32,000 nt of DNA from Mycolicibacterium smegmatis (GTDB lineage: Bacteria; Actinomycetota; Actinomycetes; Mycobacteriales; Mycobacteriaceae). The stretch is taken from NCBI RefSeq assembly GCF_001457595.1, contig NZ_LN831039.1, positions 1,440,001-1,472,000 of the forward strand, read 5' to 3'. Positions 1-9,826 of this stretch are shown in pieces. The notes beneath the pieces are model-generated. The model saw only the letters and a list, made by a program, of their open reading frames with translations, searched no databases and was not told where the DNA came from. The position numbers and the translations under genes were made by a program. Position 1 is the first letter of the stretch. Each line of letters opens with the position of its first letter.

Positions 1-1207
1 TGAACGATTCGCGCAGCTGTGCGGCGGCCGCGTCGAGGTCGACCCCGGCCGCACCGAGCAGCGTCGGCACCAGATCGACATGCGACGTCGGCGCATCGAC
101 GGTGCGGGCCTCGGTCGCCTCGGAGCCGATGCGGGCGATGACGAACGGCACGCGGGTGGCCTCGTCGTACAGGTTGAACCACTTCTGGTGCAGCCCGCCG
201 TGCGCGCCCAGCAGCTCACCGTGATCGGAAGTGCGCACCAGCACCGCATTTTCGGAACCGCCCTCGGTGACGGCGCGGCGCACCCGGTCGATCGGTCCGT
301 CCACCTCGGCGTGCAGCCGGTAGTACAGATCGCGGTACTCCTGCGCCTTGCGGCGGTAGGTGCGCTCGACGGCCATCGCCGGGCCGTACCCGGTGTAGTA
401 CGCCTCGCGGAACGCGATCTGTGCGGCCGGTTTGTCGCGCAGATCCTCCTCGGCGGTCGGTGCCGGGGGAATGTGCGGGGGATCGAGCTCCGAGGGACCG
501 AACGGCATGCGCCGCGACCACGCCGGGAACAGCACGATGTCGTGCGGGTTGACGAAGCTCGCCACCAACAGGAACGGCCGCAGCGCGTCGGGATCGCCCG
601 CGCGCCGGCGCGCGTACCGGTCCTCCAACCACGCCACCACACGGTCGGCGACGATCGGGTCGCGCCGGAAACCGCTGTTGGACATGGCCGCTCCGTGCGG
701 CTCGGGCCCCACCCAGCCGGAGAATCCGAACGGCGCCAGCGGATCGGCCTCCAGGTAGGCCTGCACGGCGGCCTGGTCGATCACGCCGTCGTCGTCATTG
801 GTGGCCAGCGGCTCCCCGGTGGCGGGATCTTCGAGGTCGGCGTGCGAGATGTGCCATTTGCCGTCGTAGTGGGTGTCGTATCCGGCGGCGCGGAACCAGT
901 TGCCCAGCGTGGGCACCTCACCGCGGCGCAGCCAGCGCAGCCGGGAATCGTCGTAGCGCTTGCCCAGCCCGTCGGTCTGGGTGACACCGTGCAGATCGGG
1001 GTACTGGCCGGTGAACATGGTCGGCCGGCTCGGCACACACGCCAGCGACCCGGTGTAGTGGCGGGTGAAGTTGACGCCGTGCTCGTCGAACCAGCGCCGT
1101 CCGGTGAGCGTGCGCTGGCGCCAGGCGAGCACCGAAGACGACTCGTACGGCGGGATCGCGCGTTCCTCGTCGGTCATCACGATGACGATGTCGGGACGGT
1201 CGGTCAT
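1..1207 (-). CDS. Sulfatase/arylsulfatase-like protein, C-terminus cut by the window edge
   Basis: Translation from ATG at 1207: MTDRPDIVIVMTDEERAIPPYESSSVLAWRQRTLTGRRWFDEHGVNFTRHYTGSLACVPSRPTMFTGQYPDLHGV. Contains the C-x-P-S-R formylglycine sulfatase signature, HDIVLFP and a DHGELLGAHG metal-site motif. Frame open to the window edge. Confidence 0.93.
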   Translation of the reverse strand, partial: MTDRPDIVIVMTDEERAIPPYESSSVLAWRQRTLTGRRWFDEHGVNFTRHYTGSLACVPSRPTMFTGQYPDLHGVTQTDGLGKRYDDSRLRWLRRGEVPTLGNWFRAAGYDTHYDGKWHISHADLEDPATGEPLATNDDDGVIDQAAVQAYLEADPLAPFGFSGWVGPEPHGAAMSNSGFRRDPIVADRVVAWLEDRYARRRAGDPDALRPFLLVASFVNPHDIVLFPAWSRRMPFGPSELDPPHIPPAPTAEEDLRDKPAAQIAFREAYYTGYGPAMAVERTYRRKAQEYRDLYYRLHAEVDGPIDRVRRAVTEGGSENAVLVRTSDHGELLGAHGGLHQKWFNLYDEATRVPFVIARIGSEATEARTVDAPTSHVDLVPTLLGAAGVDLDAAAAQLRESF

Positions 1208-1641
1208 GTTCTAGCTCCCATCGTGCGGGCGAGCCCGTCGAGCATGGCGTCGGATTGTTTGGCCAGCACCCGCGCGGTGACAGCCGAGGTGACCAGGGAG
1301 GCGAACCCGGCCGGGTCGACGGTGCTGGTCACGGTCACCTCGGTGCCCGCGCCGGCCGGGCGCAGCGTCCACCGGTTGGTCAGCCGGCCCATCCACGACG
1401 GCAGACCCTCGATCGCGTAGGCCAGCGTCGAGGGCTCCCGGAACTCGGTGATGCGCTCCACCAGCACCGTGCGGCCCACCTGGACGCGGCGCGTGGTGCC
1501 CAGCACCTCGGGGTGCGCATTGAGCACGCAGGAATGATCGATCTTGCCGGCCCACCTGCTCAACGCACCGAAATCGGCCAGGACATCCCAGATCGCCTGC
1601 TGCGGTGCGGGTATCACCCGGCTGCGGCTTGCCTGTCCCAT
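1204..1641 (-). CDS. SRPBCC family (polyketide cyclase/dehydrase-like) protein
   Basis: 145 aa, MGQASRSRVIPAPQQAIWDVLADFGALSRWAGKIDHSCVLN..., typical START/SRPBCC pattern. Its TGA overlaps the sulfatase ATG (ATGA). Confidence 0.85.
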   Translation of the reverse strand: MGQASRSRVIPAPQQAIWDVLADFGALSRWAGKIDHSCVLNAHPEVLGTTRRVQVGRTVLVERITEFREPSTLAYAIEGLPSWMGRLTNRWTLRPAGAGTEVTVTSTVDPAGFASLVTSAVTARVLAKQSDAMLDGLARTMGART

Positions 1642-1807
1642 AGGGCCATGAAACACGATGTGCCGACGTTCCGAGGCGAACTCAGGCCAACACGTCGCGA
1701 ATGGCGTCGTCGAGGGACTCGCCGGATTGAAAACACCTGCCGAAAGACGCCGGAATTGTCGCCGGTGTCGGTTAGCCTCGCCACGAATACCGCGAGGGGG
1801 AGCCAGT

Positions 1808-3457
1808 GTGATCGATTCGCCCAACGAGCCGCCGCGGCTGGCCAACGCCGCCGAACGCCGCACCTGGGAAGCGCTCGTCGACCAGGCGCAACCCGACGAC
1901 CTCGTGGTGCCCGGCCAGCGGGTCACCGACCACCTCAAGGACCACGAGGTCGACTTCGTCGTCGGCCTCGAAGGTGCGGGCATCGTGTGCCTGGAGGTCA
2001 AGGGCGGCGAGGTGTGGCACGACGGCGACGGCTGGCGGCAGACGCGCGGCGGTCGGCAGTGCGCCATCGAACCGGTACGCCAGGCCCGCGAAGCCTGTTA
2101 TGCACTACGGGATTTCGTCGAAAAAGATCCCCGCTGGACGCAGGGCCGGTTGCGGTGGGATCACGTCGTGGTGCTGCCCAACACCGAACTGCCCGCGGAC
2201 TTCGGGCTGCCCGAATGTCCCCGCTGGAAGGTCATCGACCGCAACGACCTGCCGAACCTGGTCGACCTGCTGCGCGAGGTGCTGCTCAAACAGGAACTCG
2301 ACCGGCCGCTGCTGACCGGCGACGGCGTCGAGCAACTGCGGGTCGCCCTGAGCGGCAGAGGATTACCGCAACGCGACGTCGTCGCACGCGCACTGGCCAA
2401 CGAGGACGCCGCCGACACCCTCACCGAACAGCAGGCCGTCATCCTCAACGCCGCGCGCCTGCTCAACCGCATCGAGGTGCGCGGCGGCGCGGGCAGCGGC
2501 AAGACGTTCCTGGCGATGGAGCAGGCCCGCCGCCTCGCTCAGGACGGGCAGCGGGTCGCGCTGGTCTGCTACTCGCACGGGCTGGCGTCATACCTGGAGC
2601 GGGTCACCGCGACCTGGCCGCGCCGCCAGCAGCCCGCCTACGTCGGCGAGTTCCACGCCCTCGGCGTCCAGTGGGGCGCCCCGGAAGGTCCCGACGAGGC
2701 CCTGCGCACCGAGCAGACCGTCCAGTTCTGGGAACACGACCTGCCCAGCCAGATGACCGAACTGGCAGCACAACTCGAACCGGGACACCGGTTCGACGCG
2801 GTCGTCGTCGACGAGGCGCAGGATTTCGCCGACGCGTGGTGGGACCCGCTGCTCGGCGCGCTGCGAGACCCGGTGGAGAGCGGGCTGTACGTGTTCAGCG
2901 ACGAGGGTCAGCGCGTGTTCAACCGGTACGGGTCCCCGCCGGTGCCGCTGGTGCCGCTGATCCTCGACCACAACGTGCGCAACACCCGGCAGATCGCCAA
3001 CGCGTTCCAGCCGCTGGTCGATCACCCGATGCGGTTCCTGGGCGGCGACGGCCCACAGGTCACGTTCGTCGCGTGCGACCGCGACGATGCGCTCGGCGTC
3101 GGCGACGATCAGGTGGACTCGCTGCTCGATGCCGGCTGGCGCCCCGAGGACATCGCGCTTCTGACCACCGGCAGCCGCCACCCCGAACAGGTCGAACGCC
3201 AACGCGACGGCAACACGGCCTACTGGGACACGTTCTGGGACACCGATCAGGTGTTCTACGGCCACGTCCTGGGCTTCAAGGGCCTGGAACGGCGCTGTGT
3301 GGTGCTGGTGATCAACGAACAGAACAAGTTCGACCGCTCCCGCGAACGCCTCTATGTCGGATTGTCCCGTGCGCGTGACCAACTCGTGGTGTGCGGCGAC
3401 CCGGAGTTCATCTGCGACGTCGGCGGGGCCGATCTGGCGCGGCGGCTGGGGATCTGA
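1808..3457 (+). CDS. NERD (nuclease-related) domain fused to SF1/UvrD-like helicase
   Basis: GTG start at 1808 after a GAGGGGGAG-like RBS. NERD-like VDFVVGLEGAGIVCLEVKGGEVW; Walker A GGAGSGKT; Walker B VVVDEAQDF; SF1 motif VI-like RERLYVGLSRARDQLVV. Confidence 0.88.
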   Translation: MIDSPNEPPRLANAAERRTWEALVDQAQPDDLVVPGQRVTDHLKDHEVDFVVGLEGAGIVCLEVKGGEVWHDGDGWRQTRGGRQCAIEPVRQAREACYALRDFVEKDPRWTQGRLRWDHVVVLPNTELPADFGLPECPRWKVIDRNDLPNLVDLLREVLLKQELDRPLLTGDGVEQLRVALSGRGLPQRDVVARALANEDAADTLTEQQAVILNAARLLNRIEVRGGAGSGKTFLAMEQARRLAQDGQRVALVCYSHGLASYLERVTATWPRRQQPAYVGEFHALGVQWGAPEGPDEALRTEQTVQFWEHDLPSQMTELAAQLEPGHRFDAVVVDEAQDFADAWWDPLLGALRDPVESGLYVFSDEGQRVFNRYGSPPVPLVPLILDHNVRNTRQIANAFQPLVDHPMRFLGGDGPQVTFVACDRDDALGVGDDQVDSLLDAGWRPEDIALLTTGSRHPEQVERQRDGNTAYWDTFWDTDQVFYGHVLGFKGLERRCVVLVINEQNKFDRSRERLYVGLSRARDQLVVCGDPEFICDVGGADLARRLGI

Positions 3458-3467
3458 CCGCCCGACG

Positions 3468-4271
3468 TCAGGGATTCCGGTGTGTCGGGGTGTAGACCAC
3501 GAGCTGAAGCTCGGGTTGATCCGACGGACGCAGCTGGTGGTGCTCATAGGTCACCACGCCGAACTCGGGATGGTGGAACACCCGCTCGCGTGACTCGAAG
3601 CCACGGATGTCGTGGCGCTCCCACCCCGCCCGGAACTCGTCACTGGCCTCCGACAACCGCTCGATCAACCCGAGCAGCGTGGGATTGCCCAGGCGCGGGC
3701 CGATTTCGGCGCGGAACTCCGCGAGGAAACGTTGGCTGGTCACCGGCCAGTCGTCGAGCAGATCTCGCACGAACGGGTCGGTGAACACCGCCCACAGGAG
3801 GTTGCGCTCGGCGGGCGGCGTGGTCGCGACGTTGGGGTACAGGCGTTGGTAGGCCGCGTTCCACCCGGCGATGCCCCACTCCGGCGTCAGCGCGTAGGCG
3901 GGGTTGTCGCCGATCGCATCGAGCAGGCGCTGCACATGCCCGGGGACGTCGGTGACGTCGTCCGCGGGAGCCGCCGACACCGGCGCGAACCCGGCCAGCG
4001 TCAGCACATAGCGATGCTGCGCCGCGCTGAGGCGCAGGGTGCGGCTGACCGCGTCGAGCACCTGCCGCGACGGGTTGATGTCGCGGCCCTGCTCGAGCCA
4101 CGTGTACCACGTGACGCTGACCCCCGACAGGTACGAGACCTCCTCACGGCGCAGCCCCACCGTGCGGTTACGGCCCGCGGGCGGCAGGCCGAAGTCGGCA
4201 CGGTTCAGACGCTCACGGCTCGCACGCAGGAACGCGCCGAGTTCGGCACGGTGCTCCTCCTGGGTCGCCAT
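3468..4271 (-). CDS. XRE-family transcriptional regulator with MmyB-like ligand domain
   Basis: RNRTVGLRREEVSYLSGVSVTWYTWLEQGRDINPSRQVLDAVSRTLRLS HTH, followed by MmyB-type ...TPEWGIAGWNAAY...FRAGWERHDIR... Confidence 0.92.
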   Translation of the reverse strand: MATQEEHRAELGAFLRASRERLNRADFGLPPAGRNRTVGLRREEVSYLSGVSVTWYTWLEQGRDINPSRQVLDAVSRTLRLSAAQHRYVLTLAGFAPVSAAPADDVTDVPGHVQRLLDAIGDNPAYALTPEWGIAGWNAAYQRLYPNVATTPPAERNLLWAVFTDPFVRDLLDDWPVTSQRFLAEFRAEIGPRLGNPTLLGLIERLSEASDEFRAGWERHDIRGFESRERVFHHPEFGVVTYEHHQLRPSDQPELQLVVYTPTHRNP

Positions 4272-4288
4272 GCCCCGAGACTAGTGCT

Positions 4289-4306
4289 CTCACTACTAGT
4301 GGTGAG
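4289..4306. promoter_or_regulatory. Near-perfect 18-bp palindrome in the regulator/ilvD divergent intergenic region, candidate operator
   Basis: CTCACTACTAGTGGTGAG; 8 of 9 base pairs are symmetric; lies between divergent starts at 4271 and 4348. Confidence 0.4.
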
Positions 4307-4347
4307 GCCGTCTTCCGCCGCGACGCGCTGATGCGGACAGTGTCCGC

Positions 4348-6216
4348 ATGGCATCTTCTTCCATTCCCCTGCGGTCCCGGACGGTGACGCACGGACGCAA
4401 CATGGCAGGTGCCCGGGCGTTGCTGCGCGCCGCCGGGGTGGCCCGCGAAGACTTCGGCAAGCCCATCGTCGCGGTCGCCAACAGCTTCACCGAGTTCGTG
4501 CCGGGCCACACGCATCTGCAGCCGGTCGGCCGGATCGTGTCGGACGCCATCCGCGCGGCAGGCGGCATCCCGCGCGAGTTCAACACCATCGCCGTCGACG
4601 ACGGCATCGCGATGGGCCACTCGGGCATGCTCTACTCGCTGCCCTCGCGCGACCTGATCGCCGACTCGGTCGAATACATGGTCCAGGCCCACAAAGCCGA
4701 TGCGCTGGTGTGCATCTCGAACTGCGACAAGATCACACCAGGCATGCTGATGGCCGCGCTGCGACTCAACGTGCCGACGGTGTTCGTGTCCGGTGGCCCC
4801 ATGGAGGGCGGCCGCGCCACGCTGGTCGACGGCCGGGTGCGCACCGGGCTGCATCTCATCGACTCGATGAGCGGGGCCGCCGACCCCACCACCAGCGACG
4901 AGGACCTGGCGCGCATCGAGGAGGCCGCGTGCCCGACGTGCGGCTCGTGTTCGGGCATGTTCACCGCCAACTCGATGAACTGCCTGGTCGAGGCCCTCGG
5001 CCTGGCACTGCCGGGCAACGGTTCCCTGCTGGCCACCCACACCGCGCGAAAGGCGCTGTACCAGAACGCAGGCCGCACCGTCATGGAGCTCGCCGAACGG
5101 TACTACGACCAGGGCGACGTCTCGGTCCTGCCACGAGCGATCGCGTCGCGCGCGGCGTTCGAGAACGCGATGGCGATGGACATCGCGATGGGCGGCTCGA
5201 CCAACACCGTGCTGCACCTGCTGGCCGCCGCACACGAGGCCGATCTGGACTTCGCCATCACCGAGATCGATGAGATCTCGCGACGCATACCGTGCCTGTG
5301 CAAGGTCGCGCCCAACGGCTCCTATCTGATGGAGGACGTCCACCGCGCCGGCGGCATCCCCGCGATCCTCGGCGAACTGCACCGCGCCGGGTTGCTGGCC
5401 AAGGATGTCCACGCCATCCACGCCGCCACGCTCGACGACTGGCTCGACGCCTGGGACATCCGCGCCGCCGACCCCTCCGATGCGGCCGTCGACCTGTTCC
5501 ACGCCGCGCCGGGCGGGCGCCGCAGCGCGACCGCGTTCTCGCAGTCCGAACGGTGGGAGAGCCTGGACCTCGACGCCGCGGCCGGCTGTATCCGCGATGT
5601 CGACCACGCCTATTCGCCCGATGGCGGACTGGCGATTTTGACCGGCAACCTGGCGCCCGACGGCGCGGTGGTCAAGACCGCGGGCGTCGACGAGACCCTG
5701 CTGATCTTCACCGGCCCCGCCGTGGTGGTCGAGTCCCAAGAGGAGGCGGTCGACGCCATTCTCGGTGACCGGATCACGGCAGGCGACGTCCTGGTGGTGC
5801 GCTATGAAGGCCCGCGCGGCGGGCCGGGTATGCAGGAGATGCTCTACCCGACGTCGTTCCTGAAGGGACGCGGGCTCGGGAAGTCCTGCGCACTCATCAC
5901 CGACGGGCGTTTCTCGGGCGGCAGCTCCGGACTGTCGATCGGGCACGTGTCGCCCGAGGCCGCGGCCGGTGGGCCGATCGCGTTGATTCGTGACGGTGAC
6001 CGGGTCACGATCGACATCCCCTCCCGGACAGTCACTCTCGACGTCGACGGCGACGAGCTCGCGCGGCGGCGCGACGAACTGCTGGCCTCCGGAGGCTACC
6101 GGCCCCGTGACCGGGTGCGTCCGGTGTCGGCCGCGCTTCGTGCCTATGCACTGCTGGCCACCTCAGCCGATCGCGGCGCCGTCCGCGACGTCGACAACGT
6201 GGTGAGCACCCGCTGA
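4348..6216 (+). CDS. ilvD: Dihydroxy-acid dehydratase (IlvD/Edd family)
   Basis: 622 aa; ...[28 protein letters not shown]..., [87 protein letters not shown]. Confidence 0.95.
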   Translation: MASSSIPLRSRTVTHGRNMAGARALLRAAGVAREDFGKPIVAVANSFTEFVPGHTHLQPVGRIVSDAIRAAGGIPREFNTIAVDDGIAMGHSGMLYSLPSRDLIADSVEYMVQAHKADALVCISNCDKITPGMLMAALRLNVPTVFVSGGPMEGGRATLVDGRVRTGLHLIDSMSGAADPTTSDEDLARIEEAACPTCGSCSGMFTANSMNCLVEALGLALPGNGSLLATHTARKALYQNAGRTVMELAERYYDQGDVSVLPRAIASRAAFENAMAMDIAMGGSTNTVLHLLAAAHEADLDFAITEIDEISRRIPCLCKVAPNGSYLMEDVHRAGGIPAILGELHRAGLLAKDVHAIHAATLDDWLDAWDIRAADPSDAAVDLFHAAPGGRRSATAFSQSERWESLDLDAAAGCIRDVDHAYSPDGGLAILTGNLAPDGAVVKTAGVDETLLIFTGPAVVVESQEEAVDAILGDRITAGDVLVVRYEGPRGGPGMQEMLYPTSFLKGRGLGKSCALITDGRFSGGSSGLSIGHVSPEAAAGGPIALIRDGDRVTIDIPSRTVTLDVDGDELARRRDELLASGGYRPRDRVRPVSAALRAYALLATSADRGAVRDVDNVVSTR

Positions 6217-6218
6217 AC

Positions 6219-8900
6219 TCACGCACGCCCTTGCTGCAGCGCCCGCCAGATCCGCGCGGGCGTCATCGGCAGCTCGCGCGGACGAACCCCGACAGCCCGC
6301 GCAATCGCATTGGCGAGCGCCGGGGCGACGGGGTTGTACGGTGATTCGCTCATCGACTTGGCGCCGAGCGGACCGAGCTCGTCGTACGTGTCCGCGAAAT
6401 ACACCTTGGTCTGCGGGATATCGGCGAGCTGGGGGATGTGGTAGTTGCGCAAGGTCTGGGTGAGCACCCTGCCGTCGGCGCCGACCCGCATCTCCTCGTA
6501 CAGCGCCGAACCGATCGCCTGTGCCACACCGCCTTCCACCTGACCGCGGCACTGCTCGGGGTTGAGCACCACACCGGCGTCGGCCGCCTGCACCGACTGC
6601 AGGATCCGCACCTCGCCGGTCTCGGGGTTGACCGCCACCCGGAAACCCTGCACGTTGAACGCCACCGAGCGGGGCGTGCCGTCGTGATGCCCGGTCGCCG
6701 ACAACGGCAACGCCAGCTCGGTGAACGGCACGAACCGGTCGCGGCACTGCACACCATGCGGACCCACGACGCACGACACCGCGTCCACACCGGTCAGCTC
6801 GGCCGCGGCGCGTTCGATCGCGGCGCGCAGCGCGACGCACGCCTGATGCACCGCACGCCCGGCCACGACGATGCCCGCCGATCCGAAGGCGCCGGTGTCG
6901 TAACCCGATGCATCGGTATCGGACTGGCGGATGCTCACCCGGTCGACGGTGGTGTTCATCAGCGTCGCGACCAGTTGTGAGTGCACGGTGGTGGTGCCGT
7001 TGCCGAATTCGGCTGTCCCCACCGACAACTCGTAACGTCCGTCATCAAGCAGTGTCACGGTGGCGTCGGCGAAATGGCCCCGCGGTGGGAGCGTCGCGAT
7101 CATCGCGACCGCCATGCCCTCACCGACCTGCCAGCCCTGGGGCGCGACGGCACCGTTACCCGCGGCGAGCGCATTCTGTGTCAGGTCGAGGCACTGGTCC
7201 AGCCCGTAGCTGCCGAACAACAGGTCCTCGGGTTCGTGCGCATCGATCAGCCGGTCACCGGGGCGGACCACGTTTCGCCGTCGCAGCTCGAACGGATCGA
7301 TGCTCAGGCGTTGCGCGAGCTCGTCGAGGGCCGACTCGATCGCGAAGATCACCTGCCCCAGGCCGTAACCCCGGAACGCGCCCGACGGCAGATTGTTGGT
7401 GTACACCGACTGCGCGTCGATCCGTTTGTTCGCACACCGGTACACCGCAACCGATTCGGCGCAACCGTGGAACATCACACCGGGGCTGTGATTGCCGTAC
7501 GCGCCGGCATCGGTGAGGACGTCGACGGCCAGCGCCGTCAACGTGCCGTCCTCGTCGGCCGCCACCGTGACATCGACCCGGAACGGGTGTCGGCACGGCG
7601 CCATGGTGAACTCGTCGGACCGGCTGAACTCATAGCGCACCGGACGGCTCAGCCGCAGCACCGCCAACGCGACCAAATCCTCGACCAGCATTTCCTGCTT
7701 GGCGCCGAAACCACCGCCCACACGCGTGGCAAACACCCGCACCACGTCGCGGTCCAACCGGAAGATGCGGCACAGCTCGTCACGTACCAGGAACGGCACC
7801 TGGGTGCTGGTGCGGATGGTCAGCCGCCCGTCCTCGTCGACCCACCCCGTGCAGCCGTGGGTTTCCAGGTGCACGTGCTGCACCCGCTGCGTGCGATACC
7901 TCCCGCGGACCACGGTGTGCGCGGCGGCCACGGCCTGCTCCACATCACCGATGCCGCCGTGCAGTTCGGCGACGACGTTGCGCGACGGGTCGGCGATGCG
8001 GGCGTCGGGACCCTTGTCGGCATGCAGCAGCGGCGCGCCGGGGGAGCGCGCCTCGTCCGGATCGAACACTGCCGGCAACTGCTCGTACTCCACGGCGATT
8101 GCCCGGCAGGCCTTTTCCGCGGCGGCGACGCTGTCGGCGACCACCGCGGCGACCCGCTGGCCGACGAACCGCACGGTGCTGTCCAGCACGTAGGTGTCGT
8201 CCGGGTCGTCCTCGCGGATCTCGTGGCGTGCGGTGGAGAACGCAACGCGCGGCGCGTCGAGGTAGGTCAGCACCAGGTGCACGCCGGGTACGGCCTCGGC
8301 GGCGCTGGTGTCGATCGCGACGATGCGCGCGTGTGCCACCGGACTACCCAGCACCGCCAGGTGCAGCAGGCCTTCTGGTGTGTGGTCCATGGTGTACTGC
8401 TCGGTGCCGGTCGCGACCCGCACGGCGGCCGGTGCGCCAACTGAAGCGGTTGTGCCGCCGGATTTCTCGACGTTGCTGACGCCGTCGAGCGCATCGGTGA
8501 TGGACCGGTAGCCGGTGCAGCGGCACAGGTTGCCCTTGAGGTGCTCGGCCAGGTTGGCGCGCTGTTCTTCGGTGAACGTCGACGCGGTGGTGATCATGCC
8601 GGCCGTGCAGAAGCCGCACTGGAATCCCGCCGCTTCGACGAACCGGCGCTGCATCGGATGCAGATCTTCGGATGTGCCGAGGCCCGCAACGGTTTTCACG
8701 TCGCGACCGTCAGCGCGGAACGCCGGATATACACAGGAATGGACAGCAACGTCGTCGATCAGCACCGAGCATGCGCCGCAGTCCCCGGCGTCGCACCCCT
8801 TCTTGACCTCGAAGTGGCCGTGGTCGCGCAGGAAGGTGCGCAGACACTGCCCGGGCTGTGGGGCACCGGAGACGGGTTTGCCGTTGACGCGGACGCTCAT
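6219..8900 (-). CDS. Xanthine dehydrogenase-like protein, 2Fe-2S domain fused to molybdopterin-binding domain
   Basis: 893 aa. N-terminal KKGCDAGDCGACSVLIDD and CGFCTAGMITT...CRCTGYRSI (2Fe-2S); later VGGGFGAKQEM, NLPSGAFRGYGLGQ, GAKSMSESPYNPVAPALANAI. No FAD domain between them. Confidence 0.92.
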   Translation of the reverse strand: MSVRVNGKPVSGAPQPGQCLRTFLRDHGHFEVKKGCDAGDCGACSVLIDDVAVHSCVYPAFRADGRDVKTVAGLGTSEDLHPMQRRFVEAAGFQCGFCTAGMITTASTFTEEQRANLAEHLKGNLCRCTGYRSITDALDGVSNVEKSGGTTASVGAPAAVRVATGTEQYTMDHTPEGLLHLAVLGSPVAHARIVAIDTSAAEAVPGVHLVLTYLDAPRVAFSTARHEIREDDPDDTYVLDSTVRFVGQRVAAVVADSVAAAEKACRAIAVEYEQLPAVFDPDEARSPGAPLLHADKGPDARIADPSRNVVAELHGGIGDVEQAVAAAHTVVRGRYRTQRVQHVHLETHGCTGWVDEDGRLTIRTSTQVPFLVRDELCRIFRLDRDVVRVFATRVGGGFGAKQEMLVEDLVALAVLRLSRPVRYEFSRSDEFTMAPCRHPFRVDVTVAADEDGTLTALAVDVLTDAGAYGNHSPGVMFHGCAESVAVYRCANKRIDAQSVYTNNLPSGAFRGYGLGQVIFAIESALDELAQRLSIDPFELRRRNVVRPGDRLIDAHEPEDLLFGSYGLDQCLDLTQNALAAGNGAVAPQGWQVGEGMAVAMIATLPPRGHFADATVTLLDDGRYELSVGTAEFGNGTTTVHSQLVATLMNTTVDRVSIRQSDTDASGYDTGAFGSAGIVVAGRAVHQACVALRAAIERAAAELTGVDAVSCVVGPHGVQCRDRFVPFTELALPLSATGHHDGTPRSVAFNVQGFRVAVNPETGEVRILQSVQAADAGVVLNPEQCRGQVEGGVAQAIGSALYEEMRVGADGRVLTQTLRNYHIPQLADIPQTKVYFADTYDELGPLGAKSMSESPYNPVAPALANAIARAVGVRPRELPMTPARIWRALQQGRA

Positions 8901-9730
8901 GTCAGCTCCGAACGGACCTGCTCGGCCAACACGAGCGTCATCGCCCGGCGCCAGTCCGGATCACCGTGCGGATCATCCGACCACGCGTCCGGCGGAATCG
9001 ACGCGTGCGCATCCTGGAGTTGATCCCGGCTGGGAACCCCGGGAAACGTGAACACGAACGGACGCACGGTCGCCGCGGTCACCGAGAGGACGAACCGTCC
9101 GCCGTCGGACTCGGTGTCGCGGCGGCCGATCACCACGATGCCGGAGCGCCCCAACGGCGACGGGGCGAGTTTGCGGTAGGACGTGCGGGCGCGCAGTGCG
9201 GCGGCGGGAAGATGCACCGAGCGCAGAACGTCCGTGGCGGCCAGGATGTTGGTGCCCGCCCCGGTGACCAGAGCGGCCACCGGCAGGCGGAAATCGTTGC
9301 CGTCGGAGCGCCACACCGTGGCCTCGCCGTCGAGCGCCGTGCACAACGAAATCATCGCTCCGGCCGGAAACGACAGACAGATGTTGCCGCCGACCGTGGC
9401 GCAGTGCCAGATCTTGAACGACGCCAACAACGCTCCGCAACATTGATGTAACAATGGCGCGGCTGTCCATTCGGTCCGGTGTTCCTGCAGATCGGCTGAC
9501 AGGCGGGCCACGTCGGCCAGCGTGCACGTCGCGGCGAGCTCGATCCCGCTGTCGCTCAACGTGACCGGCGGCCACCCCAATCCGGTGAGGTCCACGAGCC
9601 TGCGCAACTGCGGCTGCGGCTCGGAAAACAGCCAGGTCCCACCGGCCAACACCGCGTCGCCGGTCCCCAGTGGCCACAACTCGTCACGACGGGTCGGCCG
9701 GTCCACCACCTCGACGGTGTTGAGGTCCAT
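8897..9730 (-). CDS. FAD-binding subunit of molybdenum hydroxylase (xanthine dehydrogenase)
   Basis: MDLNTVEVVDRPTRRDELWPLGTGDAVLAGGTWLFSEPQ...CHCATVGGN-type segment (KIWHCATVGGNICLSFPAG). Stop overlaps ATG of the 2Fe-2S/Mo gene (ATGA). The ORF track gives an upstream start at 9781; ATG 9730 preferred. Confidence 0.88.
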   Translation of the reverse strand: MDLNTVEVVDRPTRRDELWPLGTGDAVLAGGTWLFSEPQPQLRRLVDLTGLGWPPVTLSDSGIELAATCTLADVARLSADLQEHRTEWTAAPLLHQCCGALLASFKIWHCATVGGNICLSFPAGAMISLCTALDGEATVWRSDGNDFRLPVAALVTGAGTNILAATDVLRSVHLPAAALRARTSYRKLAPSPLGRSGIVVIGRRDTESDGGRFVLSVTAATVRPFVFTFPGVPSRDQLQDAHASIPPDAWSDDPHGDPDWRRAMTLVLAEQVRSELT

Positions 9731-9826
9731 TCCCGCGACCGTAACCAAAGTGACCGCGCCGTGCAGCCTGAATCCCGGCACACCGCTCGGCGTGCGAACC
9801 GCCGCGATCTGTTCGATTCTTAGTCG

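Noticed and set aside
80-1420. 446-aa + strand ORF
   Set aside because: Antisense to the sulfatase/SRPBCC genes; Arg/Gly/Val-rich repetitive composition typical of spurious ORFs in high-GC DNA.
1255-3378. 707-aa + strand ORF
   Set aside because: Out-of-frame shadow of the NERD-helicase CDS; no domain motifs.
1808-3457. Naming the NERD-helicase as a known anti-phage system
   Set aside because: No partner genes of any described system are adjacent; solitary gene is not sufficient evidence.
4213-5946. 577-aa minus strand ORF
   Set aside because: Mirror of the dehydratase coding strand.
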